Below, piece after piece: positions 9,197 to 17,647 of a DNA stretch of 32,000 bases (position 1 is its first letter; every line of letters begins with the position of its first letter). Below the pieces are notes generated by a model. It saw only the letters and a list, made by a program, of their open reading frames with translations. It had not been told where the DNA came from and did no database searches. This DNA comes from an uncultured Chloroflexia bacterium. Its GTDB lineage: Bacteria; Chloroflexota; Ktedonobacteria; Ktedonobacterales; JADMIN01. Position numbers and translations under genes: made by a program. The stretch is taken from contig CAVRAI010000015.1 in NCBI GenBank assembly GCA_963718915.1, positions 210,001 through 242,000 on the forward strand. Reading direction: 5' to 3'.

Positions 9197-9604
9197 CTAC
9201 ATTGCGTCGGTGGCGGGAAGCGTCACGGTCTCGGCAAGCGCTCGAATCGTCTCGGGGAGGGCGGTCAGCGTCTCGAACTTGGAGAGGAAGCAGGTGGCGC
9301 CCGCAGCGAGCGCGCGGGTGCGTGTCATGAGGTCGTCCTCCATGCTGAGGACGATAATTGGCGTATCAGGCAGCACGGCGCGTAGCGCTTTAGTCGCGGC
9401 AATGCCATCCATCTGCGGCATACGCGCATCCATCACGATCACATCGGGACGCAGTTGCAGCGCCAGAGTGAGCGCCTCCACGCCGTTTGCGGCCTCGCCG
9501 ATGACCCGCATATCTGGCTCCAGCCGCAGCCAGAGCTTCAGCCCATAGCGAACCGCCAGGCAATTATCGGCAATCAGCAACGTAATGGTAGATTCCTTGC
9601 CCAT
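9197..9604 (-). CDS. Stand-alone response-regulator receiver (NarL-type REC, no HTH)
   Basis: ORF 9197..9706. The start is placed at ATG 9604 (MGKESTITLLIADN), which is preceded by AGGAGG. REC pattern: LLIADN...PDVIVMDARMPQMDG...IIVLSMEDD...AAGATCFLSK. It ends without a DNA-binding domain. Confidence 0.85.
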   Translation of the reverse strand: MGKESTITLLIADNCLAVRYGLKLWLRLEPDMRVIGEAANGVEALTLALQLRPDVIVMDARMPQMDGIAATKALRAVLPDTPIIVLSMEDDLMTRTRALAAGATCFLSKFETLTALPETIRALAETVTLPATDAM

Positions 9605-10182
9605 CTCGTCTGCCTCCTGCGCTGTTGAATACATGGACAACGTTGGCCAGTGTATCCGCCAACCTGACATATCGTAGTACAGGATGAGGCATCCGAAATC
9701 GCGCAAATGATGTGTTGTCTCTCAGTCTTTGGACTGAATCGGATATCTTTACCCTACACACCGCCACCTGGGCATTCTCAAGCGAGAGAAGGCAAATGCC
9801 TCGCCGCCAGGTCATAGGGCCAGGATGGCGCGCACGTCGTACTATGACCATGAATACTTGCCTTCACCATCCTCAAATCTATGCTCGCCCGCCGTAGTCC
9901 GCATGTTGCTTCGTAAGTTTAGTAAACGAGACTTGATTCTTTCCCGAATTCTGCTATCATGATTTGCACAATCGCGCGTAAGATATTCGCCCGAGTAAGA
10001 GCGTCTAATGACGTAAGAGGGCCGATGGCCAGCGCCATCGTGAGGATGGAAGCGCGGTTTGTCGCCTCGATTGTATATCTACTTGACCAGTTGCAAAAAC
10101 ATGATATCCTCGATTCTGAGTTCGACAGAACGACTATGCATAGTGTGGTATAGTTGGGGAAAACAGGCGACAACAGGAGGCA

Positions 10183-11433
10183 TTGATGGATGTCCAAAAG
10201 CTGGAGGCCGTAGATCCAACACTTGCGCATGAAATCAACACCTTTGCTGTCAGCATTCCGCGCGATGCCAAAATGGGGCTTGGCCGCCTGGAGAGTGTTG
10301 TGCAGCGATTTGACTACCTTTCGCCCGACGCGGCCAACCTGATCCTGGATCCCAACAGTTTTGCGCAAGAGGTCGAACAGATCTATGAAAGAAGGATCCC
10401 TTTCTGGATCATTATGCGCAACATTACCAGCATCCTTCCCTTGTTGGCGACCTGGATCTCCCTTTTTCTGGCATCAAACGCCTACAGCGATTTCATTAAG
10501 CATCCTCTTGAGGGACAAGATACTACGGCATCGTTCTTCGTCTTATGGCAGAACAGCTTTTATGGCCGCCCAACGTACTCTTTCTCCGTCGCCGCGATAA
10601 TCGACGTTGTTCTGCTGGCTCTCTTCCTCTACCTGACGATTTCGGTGCAGCGCCAGGAGCAGAGAGCGCAGACGAAGGCCACGGTATTTGCCAATAACCT
10701 TCAGGCGATCTCCACCCGCCTGGTCGGCTTCATCGCGGAAAAAGGCAGCATCGCGCTTCCTCCCGGCGCCAACGTCCAGACGGTGGCCGATGCGGTCAAT
10801 CGCGCCAGCACGCAGGCGATTCAGGCCAGCAGGCAGATTGCGGATGAGGCGCGGAAACACATCGACGACGCCGAGAAGCGTGTTGATGCCCTGGTGAATC
10901 AGTTATCGCAACGGCTCACCGACATCCAGACGCAGATGAAGGATCTGGCGACCGCGACGAATAGCCTCGGCACGTCGGCGACAACACTCTCGTCGGGCGC
11001 AACTTCACTTGCGGGCAGCGCGGGACAGTATATCGCGGCGGGGCAGGAAATCAAGCAACACTTATCAACCCTGAACCAGACCGAGACGCAGCTGACCCAG
11101 CATCTGGGTACGATTGCCACAAGCGTCAGCACGGCGGTCAACGGGTTCACCAGCGCGACCCAGGAGGTACAGACGCTCTCGAAACTGGTCGATCAGGCGT
11201 CACGGCACGTCGCGGGCGCCACCGGCAGCCTGCAGGCGACAGGGCAATCGCTCTATGACACCGCCCAGGAGCTTAGTCGTTCAGGTAGAGCGATCGAGGA
11301 CGCCTCCCATCAGTTCGAACAGGCCTTGCGGGTCGCTGGCTATAACAGCCGTCGCGGCGGCGGCGGGAGCGTCTTTGACTGGATGTTTCGGCGAGGCTCG
11401 AAGCGTCGCGTCCGAAAGGGAGGTACGCCATGA
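10183..11433 (+). CDS. Membrane protein: N-terminal cytoplasmic segment, 2 TM helices, long Ala/Thr/Ser/Gln-rich alpha-helical (coiled-coil-like) domain, basic tail
   Basis: 416-aa ORF with AGGAGG 6 nt upstream of the ATG. TM candidates are IPFWIIMRNITSILPLLATWISLFLA and FSVAAIIDVVLLALFLYLTISV. The helical region contains AEKRVDALVNQLSQRLTDIQTQMKDLATATNSLG. The C-terminus is RRGGGGSVFDWMFRRGSKRRVRKGGTP. The stop overlaps the next ATG (ATGA at 11430-11433). Confidence 0.8.
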   Translation: MMDVQKLEAVDPTLAHEINTFAVSIPRDAKMGLGRLESVVQRFDYLSPDAANLILDPNSFAQEVEQIYERRIPFWIIMRNITSILPLLATWISLFLASNAYSDFIKHPLEGQDTTASFFVLWQNSFYGRPTYSFSVAAIIDVVLLALFLYLTISVQRQEQRAQTKATVFANNLQAISTRLVGFIAEKGSIALPPGANVQTVADAVNRASTQAIQASRQIADEARKHIDDAEKRVDALVNQLSQRLTDIQTQMKDLATATNSLGTSATTLSSGATSLAGSAGQYIAAGQEIKQHLSTLNQTETQLTQHLGTIATSVSTAVNGFTSATQEVQTLSKLVDQASRHVAGATGSLQATGQSLYDTAQELSRSGRAIEDASHQFEQALRVAGYNSRRGGGGSVFDWMFRRGSKRRVRKGGTP

Positions 11434-12053
11434 TGCGCTCGCTTAGCAGTGAACGCAAGTTGCCGATCTATCTGCTCATCGATACATCGGCAGCAATGAG
11501 TGGGGCTGCGATTGATTCGATGAGAAGTTCTCTGCTCGAGTTGAAACACCAGCTCGTCGAGTCTCCACAGACGTTGGAGAACGCCCTGGTGAGTCTGATT
11601 GTTTTTAGTGATGTCGCGCGACTGTATGAGTTTGTGCCAATCGATGAACTGGACCCGCCTGCCCTGGTTGCGTCGGGAGGGCGATCCGTCGGGGCGGCCC
11701 TGCATGTGCTGGTCGAGTCGCTCCAGCATGATATCGATGCATTGCGGGTTGGTTCTCGCAGTCCGCAGCGTCCGCTGGTGGTCCTGGTTCTCGGCGGGCC
11801 GACAACCGACTCCTACGAGCGCGATCTCAACGCGCTCCTCGCGCTGCCAGCAGGGCGTCGACCAACGTTTGTCGTACTGGCCTGTGGTGATGCGGTCGAC
11901 ACATCGTTTTTGCAGCCGCTTCATCCATTCACATTTCACACAAGAGTGGTCACGCCGGAGACACTGGCGCAAGCGTTTGGCGTTGTCTCGCGGACGATCA
12001 TTCAGTCGTCGCGCGGAGTGCCGCGGGATACCCTGGTTCCGCCAGTCAATTAG
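11430..12053 (+). CDS. TerY-like von Willebrand factor A (vWA) domain protein, MIDAS-degenerate paralog 1
   Basis: 207-aa ORF. The N-terminus KLPIYLLIDTSAAMSGAAI has TerY/COG4245-like architecture. MIDAS DxSxS reads DTSAA, and the TDG position reads LGGPTTD. Confidence 0.85.
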   Translation: MMRSLSSERKLPIYLLIDTSAAMSGAAIDSMRSSLLELKHQLVESPQTLENALVSLIVFSDVARLYEFVPIDELDPPALVASGGRSVGAALHVLVESLQHDIDALRVGSRSPQRPLVVLVLGGPTTDSYERDLNALLALPAGRRPTFVVLACGDAVDTSFLQPLHPFTFHTRVVTPETLAQAFGVVSRTIIQSSRGVPRDTLVPPVN

Positions 12054-12137
12054 TAGTGGCTGGCGCTGCTCGCTCGTATATGCGCCAATGGAGCGAGTGG
12101 CAATGAGGCGATTCAGCCGTGCAGGCATGAAAGGGGC

Positions 12138-12809
12138 ATGGGACGTATGGATCCATCCATGGGTGGGCAGCAACGAAAATTTCCGGTGTATCTCCTGTTA
12201 GACTGTTCCAGTTCGATGTCAGGCGCGCCGATCATCGCCGTCAATGAAGGGCTGGAGCTTGTCTATCGAGAGTTGATGCGAGATCCGCAGGCGCGAGAAA
12301 GTGTCTGGATCAGTCTCATACGTTTTGCGTCCGCGGCTTCGCAGGATCCGCTGACTCCTATCGATCAATTTGTTCCGCCGACGGTCACTGCGAGTGGCAG
12401 CACGGCGATGGGCGGCGCGTTCACGCTCCTCGTCGATTCCATCAAACAGGACCTGGCGGCCAAGTCTGGTAGTCATCGCGGCGACTATCGCCCGCTGGTT
12501 TTCCTGCTGACAGACGGCGCCCCAACCGATAACTGGCAAGGCCCTGTGCAAAACCTGAAGGCGCTCAGCGGCGCGCAGAAACCCGCCATTGTCGCGCTGG
12601 GCTGTGGCGGCGGTGTGAACGCGCCGATGCTCAGTCAGGTCACGAGTGAAGTCTATTTGATGGCCAATGTCACGGGCGATCAGTTGAAGGCGTTCTTCCG
12701 CCTCATCTCGGGGTCTATCGTCTCGGCGTCACGCGCGGCGGGGGCGGGTGGCGAAGCCAGCATGCAGGCGCCAGACGCGATTCCCGGCGTCATCAAGTAC
12801 TCGCCGTAA
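12138..12809 (+). CDS. TerY-like vWA domain protein with canonical MIDAS, paralog 2
   Basis: 223-aa ORF. It contains KFPVYLLLDCSSSMSGAPI (DxSxS intact), ASGSTAMGGAF (Thr) and VFLLTDGAPTD (Asp). ATG 12147 has better spacing to AAGGGG than ATG 12138, so it is an alternative start. Confidence 0.9.
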   Translation: MGRMDPSMGGQQRKFPVYLLLDCSSSMSGAPIIAVNEGLELVYRELMRDPQARESVWISLIRFASAASQDPLTPIDQFVPPTVTASGSTAMGGAFTLLVDSIKQDLAAKSGSHRGDYRPLVFLLTDGAPTDNWQGPVQNLKALSGAQKPAIVALGCGGGVNAPMLSQVTSEVYLMANVTGDQLKAFFRLISGSIVSASRAAGAGGEASMQAPDAIPGVIKYSP

Positions 12810-12850
12810 TTCCCGGCGTTTTTGCCCGCGATGCGTCTCTACCCGGCCCG

Positions 12851-12895
12851 CGCATGTGCCGCATGTGTTGCGTGAGTCGCATGTGTCGTATGAAC
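12851..12895. repeat. Imperfect 9-bp tandem repeat x5 (cgcatgtgc cgcatgtgt tgcgtgagt cgcatgtgt cgtatgaac)
   Basis: Read directly from the sequence. It lies in the 205-bp gap between vWA paralogs 2 and 3. Confidence 0.6.
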
Positions 12896-13014
12896 CGCAG
12901 ACACTGGATGAGATGCATCGCGCCAAATGATAAAGCTCACCGGGCTGCTCTGGCGGCCCGGATAGTTGCGATGTAGCGCGCGATGCGCGACGGAGTCAGA
13001 GAAGAGGCTCAGCG

Positions 13015-13671
13015 ATGTCGGGAACCCGTGTGCGCCCAAGACGACTGCCGGTCTTCTTCCTCGTCGATGACTCCGCGGCCATGATCGGCGCCATGGCGGT
13101 CGCGGCCTCTGAAGGGTTGCAGGCGTTTCAGCGAGACGTACAGGCGCATGACATTGGCGTGCGCAGCGTCTACTTGAGTGTCTCCCTGCTGGGCGAACAG
13201 GCGTACACGTCGCCGCTCAACTCCCTCGCGCTTTTCACCATGCCGTCGTTCCAGGCGCAGGGCGAGTGTTCGCTCACTCCGGGGCTGCGGCACGTGCAAC
13301 GCGAGATTGACGACTCGGTGGTCGCGGACGCGCCCGAACAGTTGCGCGATCTGCACCCTACCGTCTTTGTCATTGTTGGTGGAGCGCTCAAAGACGACCC
13401 CGATGACCTGCGGGCGGCGGTGGATTCCCTTGCGCAGCTCGATGGCGCGCGGCGGCCACGGCTTTTTACCATCACCGCCGCGCGTGACCATGATGCGCTC
13501 AAGCTCCTGGGCGGCCATCTGCTGCAGATGTCGCACGCCGATGGCGACACTGTGGCGAATGCGTTCGCATGGGCCAGGGAACTTGTCATCGCTATCTGCG
13601 AGATGCAGGCGCGCGGTGAGCACGACCTGAATCTGCCAGCCTATCCCGCGGGAATCACACTCCTGTCGTAG
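13015..13671 (+). CDS. TerY-like vWA domain protein, MIDAS-degenerate paralog 3
   Basis: 218-aa ORF. RLPVFFLVDDSAAMIGAMAV has the same layout as the two upstream vWA genes. MIDAS reads DDSAA, and the TDG position reads VIVGGALKDD. Confidence 0.8.
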   Translation: MSGTRVRPRRLPVFFLVDDSAAMIGAMAVAASEGLQAFQRDVQAHDIGVRSVYLSVSLLGEQAYTSPLNSLALFTMPSFQAQGECSLTPGLRHVQREIDDSVVADAPEQLRDLHPTVFVIVGGALKDDPDDLRAAVDSLAQLDGARRPRLFTITAARDHDALKLLGGHLLQMSHADGDTVANAFAWARELVIAICEMQARGEHDLNLPAYPAGITLLS

Positions 13672-13773
13672 TGCTCGTACTGCGCGACTCAATCGAACGC
13701 CTGTGCTGCGCGAATCGCCGCCACTGGCTGGCGGCGCGTGATGCGTCGATCTATCGACCTCCACGGAGGGACA

Positions 13774-14091
13774 ATGGCTGGCATGAAGAAGTTCGGGTCG
13801 GGTTGTCTGAGAATTGCGCTCATGGCAGGCGTGATCGCGATTGTAATCGCGTTTGCCTTTCTCAGTTGGCCTAGGAGCGGCGCCATTCAGCTTTCTTCAC
13901 CGGATCATTCCAGAGACAGTCATGGCAGGGTGTCGCGCGACGTCTGCATTCCATCGAATCGCTATCCTGGCCGCCATCGTTCTGGCTGGTGGCATGCATC
14001 ATCGCTGGGTCTGATATTGGGCCGTGTGTTCTTTGCCAAGAGTCCGCGCCAAGAGACAAGTGCACAAGCGCAGGAGGTCTGGTTCCCATGA
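13774..14091 (+). CDS. Small hypothetical membrane protein (single clear N-terminal TM); reading frame downstream of about 13870 uncertain
   Basis: GGAGGG lies 4 nt upstream of ATG 13774. The product starts MAGMKKFGSGCLRIALMAGVIAIVIAFAFLSW. The remainder of this frame is Arg/Ser/His-rich. The two other forward frames carry hydrophobic stretches (FHRIAILAAIVLAGG; SFWLVACIIAG), so frame errors are possible. Confidence 0.4.
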   Translation: MAGMKKFGSGCLRIALMAGVIAIVIAFAFLSWPRSGAIQLSSPDHSRDSHGRVSRDVCIPSNRYPGRHRSGWWHASSLGLILGRVFFAKSPRQETSAQAQEVWFP

Positions 14092-15615
14092 TGAACGATA
14101 ACGCTCCCCGATACCGACGATGTAGAGCAATTGCGAGCGGATCGCAAGCAATACTATGACGATGCCCAGAACAACCAATAGAATGTACAACAACATGAAA
14201 GCCGACCGGGACAACGTACAGGCCGACCGGGATAATATTCAGCAACAACTGGATCAACTAAAAGCCGACAGGGAAAAAACAGTAAGCCGCGACAAATATG
14301 AGAGGCTTAAGCAAGATTATCAACTACTAGAAAGCGACTTTAAGCGCGCGCAAGACGGCCTATCAAACTGCACAAGAGATCAATCGAATCAGCTGCAACA
14401 GCAGATTGACCAGCCTTAACCGTGAAGTTGCGAACCTGCGCGGTGACAGTAATAACCTCACCTGGCGGCTACGAACCGCGAAAGAGCGCGAGCAGGCGCT
14501 GATGCTGGAGAACCAGGGGCGGGAGCGTGAGGTTCAGCGGTTGCGCGAGCGCCTCACGCAGTTGCAGCGGGGCGGAGCCGCCGGGCCTATCGCGACTGCG
14601 GAGTTTGCAGATCCTGAGCCGGGCGATCCGCCCGATTATGAGCGCGAGAAAGAGAAACACAACCATCGTAAGGTCATTCCTGAAAACGGTGGGCCGTTCC
14701 AACTGGCCGAAGGGTGGCGGCTTATCGGCGCCAGTCGGCGCGGACGCGGGCACGAACTTAACCATAAATATCGCGATGACGATTTCGCGGTACAGGTGTT
14801 TGGGAATGGGCGCGCGGTGGCGGTGGCCATCGCGGATGGCCTGGGCAGCAAGGAGTTCTCCCGCTGGGGCGCTCGCTCGGCGGTCAATGGCGCGATACTC
14901 GCCCTTGAGGAACGTGGCGTGCTGCAACTCGCCACCACGGTCGCAAAGCTGGGTGAGCAGCGACGGCCATCAGCTCGCACAAGCCTCACAAGCCGCACAG
15001 CGCCAGTTCGACGAAGAAATGTTTAACAGGCATAAAGCTCGTGATGAGTTCGCGAAACAACTGATCGAGCAGATGCTAGTTGGGGCGCGCGACATGGTTA
15101 GGCAGAAAGCGGATAAAGAATCCAAATCTGTCGATGAGCTGCACTCGACACTGCTGGTCTTTCTCGCGATTCCGCACAAGATGCCGCACAACGAGCAGTT
15201 CATGTTCTTCGCCAGCGCGCAGGTGGGCGATGGCGCAATACGGTCGGTCAGCCGCGCCACATCGAGCGGACAGTGGACGTTGCAGGAGCAGCCGCAGCTC
15301 AACGGCATCGACAATGAGGTGCAGCCGTTCATGCGTTTCGATCCCAGTCACTACCGCGATCGCGATTTCATTCATGTCACCGACCTGGAATCGCCCGAGT
15401 TCATCGTCGGCATGACCGACGGCACACTGGACGATATCGAGGGTGGTCCCGATGAGAATGGGCTATTCAAGGGCATCGAGGACTTCTATGGTCGCATCAG
15501 GCAAGAGGCGATAGCCACGCGCACACCCGCGTCGGGTTTATACGAGTTTCTGGGCTATCGGAAACGCGCCTCGTTCGATGATCGCACGCTCGTCTGTCTA
15601 TATCGGGGATCGTAG
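14088..15615 (+). pseudogene. Coiled-coil + PP2C-type (PP2C_2-like) Ser/Thr phosphatase, interrupted by about 4 frameshifts
   Basis: AGGAGG lies 10 nt upstream of ATGATG at 14088. The coherent protein requires frame changes 0->1 (about 14100), 1->2 (14160-14181), 2->0 (about 14410-14419) and 0->1 (about 14955-14965). The coiled coil reads QLRADRKQYYDDAQNNQ / KADRDNVQADRDNIQQQLDQLKADREK / LNREVANLRGD...EREVQRLRERLTQLQ. PP2C motifs are GASRRGRGHELNHKYRDDDFAV, AIADGLGS, QVGDGA, GMTDGTLDD and FDDRTLVCLY. Confidence 0.75.
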
Positions 15616-15627
15616 AGGAGAAAGCTT

Positions 15628-17074
15628 ATGCCATCGCCGTCGGTGACTGTGACCTATGCTGACAATACCACTGAAGAGTTCGTAGATGTTATTGGGCAGG
15701 GCGCGCAGGGCATCATTCTTGCCTCGCGGGATGGCCGCAGCGCCGTCAAGCTCTACCCTCCTAGCACCTCACTGGCCGATGCGCAGCGCCGTGCCGAAAT
15801 TATTTTGCGTCTCATCAATGAACTGAACCCGACCAGGGATGATCCCTACTGGCAAGACTACTTCACCTGGCCCGAAAAACTGGTCGTCAGCCCTCTGATA
15901 GGCTATCGTATGCGCCTCGCCGCGAATATGAAGACGATGGCGAATTATGTTTCCCAAAAACATTCAACAGCATGGCCCCCAAAGACCAGGGGTGGTTCCT
16001 GGGACGCATGGCCGCCGCCATCAAGATCGCCAACGTCGCCCAGCGCATGTCGGCGCGTGGCATCTGCTATCCAGACTTCTCCTTCAACAACGTGATGCTC
16101 GACGCCTTCGACGGGCGCATGACGCTTGATCGACTGCGACAGTATTACCGTTCCGGGCACCGTGCCCCCGGAGGTGATTGGCACGTTTAATTTCTGGCGC
16201 CAGAGCTGTGGAGCCAGCAGCAGAAGATTCCCACCGTCACGAGCGACCGCCACTCGCTGGCGACGGTGCTCTACTACCTGCTGGTCGGCTATCATCCGCT
16301 GATAGGGTGACAAAGTCCATTTCCCCGACGATCCTGACAAGGACGATGTGGCGCGCCTTGGCCCGCAGGCGCTCTATATCGAGGACCCCAACGACCAGTC
16401 GAACCGGAATGCTACACCAGCGCATCTTTGCCAGCATGCTCGGTACAGAACTGGACGAACTCTTCCGCGAGGTGTTTGTCGCGGGGCTACATCATCCTAC
16501 CGCTCGCCCGCAGCCGCAGCAGTGGCTTCCGGCGCTTGTGCGTGCCTTTGACCGGATTGTTCCCTGCGAGACGCCCGCGCCGCAGTGCTGGTGGCACAGC
16601 TTTGTCGCGCTTCCGCAGAACAACTTCACCTGTCCCTGCTGCAATCAGCGCCTCCGGGAGCCACGTACGCTGCCGTTTGTCTACCTGTTGCCGCATAACA
16701 AGACCAAAGATCCCGAAGCCTATGACGAGGCCATTGGCCGCGATAAGCATCACATCGTGGGCTGGCCGGAGCGCTCGCTCTTTGAATGGCATACGATCAT
16801 CGGCAAGCCCGCCTGGCACACCGACCCGCAGCATCCGGTCTCGCGCACGCCACAGGCTACATTCCTACATAACAGCGGCAGCGACGAGTGGCAGTTGCGG
16901 AACGATGCGCTGCCGGAGATGGCGGTGCGTAGCGGAGGATCGTGGACCCCGGTGGCGCGGGGAGCGTCCACACCGCTGACCCACGGCACGGTGCTTCGCT
17001 TTGGTCCTGGGCCTGTTGTCGGCTCCGGCCCCGTTTATTATCGCGCGCGGGTTGTGCTGCACCATCTGGCATAA
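15628..17074 (+). pseudogene. Hanks-type Ser/Thr protein kinase (TerY-P/YegI-like) with C-terminal Cys4 ribbon and beta-rich tail, interrupted by about 5 frameshifts
   Basis: GAGGAG Shine-Dalgarno precedes ATG 15628. Kinase motifs are spread over three frames. Frame 1 has IGQGAQGIIL and SAVKLY. Frame 0 has ICYPDFSFNNVML. Frame 1 has LIDCDSITVPG. Frame 0 has LAPELW...SDRHSLATVLYYLLVGYHPL. Frame 1 has DKVHFPDDPDKDDVARLGPQALYIEDPNDQSNR. Frame 2 has LHQRIFASMLGTELDELF...CETPAPQCWWH...FTCPCCNQ.... Junctions lie at about 15945-15955, 16126-16129, 16189-16195, 16305-16310 and 16405-16415. Confidence 0.8.
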
Positions 17075-17084
17075 GGGGGAACGC

Positions 17085-17627
17085 ATGCCATTGCGCGCTA
17101 TTCCGAAGATAGATGAGCGCCAACCGTGGCCGACGATTACGATCTCGACGCGCGAGCGCGAAGTAATCGCCACGCCTGCTCACGCGCCCGCGCCCGTGCC
17201 GGGGTCGAGAAAGACCACCCATCCCTTAGCGCAAAAAAGGGTCACGGCGCCGCCGAGCCACACGCAGGGAACACAGAACCCGCCACCGCTGCCGCCGCTG
17301 TCAGCATCGCCGGGTGGCGCGGGAAGCGTTGTGTTGGGATGGCTCGCCGCTTTCCCCAAGGGTGCGCTGATCGGCGCTACCTTGTTTGCGATCTATTATG
17401 GATTCTTTCTCAATCGCGCGTTCTGGCTGGTCGATTGGCACTGGGCCTATCTCGCGGGTGGAGTGGTTCTGGCCACCATCCTGATTCGCTTCGACCGCAT
17501 GCTGATCCTGCTGGCGGCTGTTGGGTTGTGGTATAGCCGCGCGACCCTGCTAGATGCGCCGGAGCTGTTCGCGGTCTGGATTGCTGGTGGCATTATTGGT
17601 CGGCTACTGTATGAGGCGTTGCCGTAA
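17085..17627 (+). CDS. Hypothetical membrane protein (Pro-rich N-terminal region + 3-4 TM helices)
   Basis: ORF 17001..17627. The start is placed at ATG 17085, which follows AAGGGGGA and lies 10 nt after the kinase stop. TM candidates are VVLGWLAAFPKGALIGATLFAIYYGFF, WAYLAGGVVLATILI, MLILLAAVGLWY and LFAVWIAGGIIGRLLY. Confidence 0.7.
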   Translation: MPLRAIPKIDERQPWPTITISTREREVIATPAHAPAPVPGSRKTTHPLAQKRVTAPPSHTQGTQNPPPLPPLSASPGGAGSVVLGWLAAFPKGALIGATLFAIYYGFFLNRAFWLVDWHWAYLAGGVVLATILIRFDRMLILLAAVGLWYSRATLLDAPELFAVWIAGGIIGRLLYEALP

Positions 17628-17647
17628 GTTTGTCTGAGGAGGCCGTC

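Noticed and set aside
9919-10368. 149-aa minus-strand ORF and 64-aa plus-strand ORF (9959..10153) in the A/T-richer intergenic region
   Set aside because: The minus ORF overlaps the well-supported start of the 10183 gene, and neither ORF has a Shine-Dalgarno or recognisable motifs. A small gene cannot be excluded, but it is unsupported.
11340-13764. Long minus-strand ORFs (11340..12173, 277 aa; 13009..13764, 251 aa) opposite the vWA genes
   Set aside because: They are Arg-rich antisense shadows. The forward frames carry the TerY-like vWA signatures and the operon-style gene junctions.
14527-14950. N-terminal roughly 140 aa of tracked ORF 14527..15615 as real coding sequence
   Set aside because: That part (MRFSGCASASRSCSGAEPPG...) is off-frame junk overlapping the motif-bearing frame 0. 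Only the segment after about 14960 encodes PP2C motifs.
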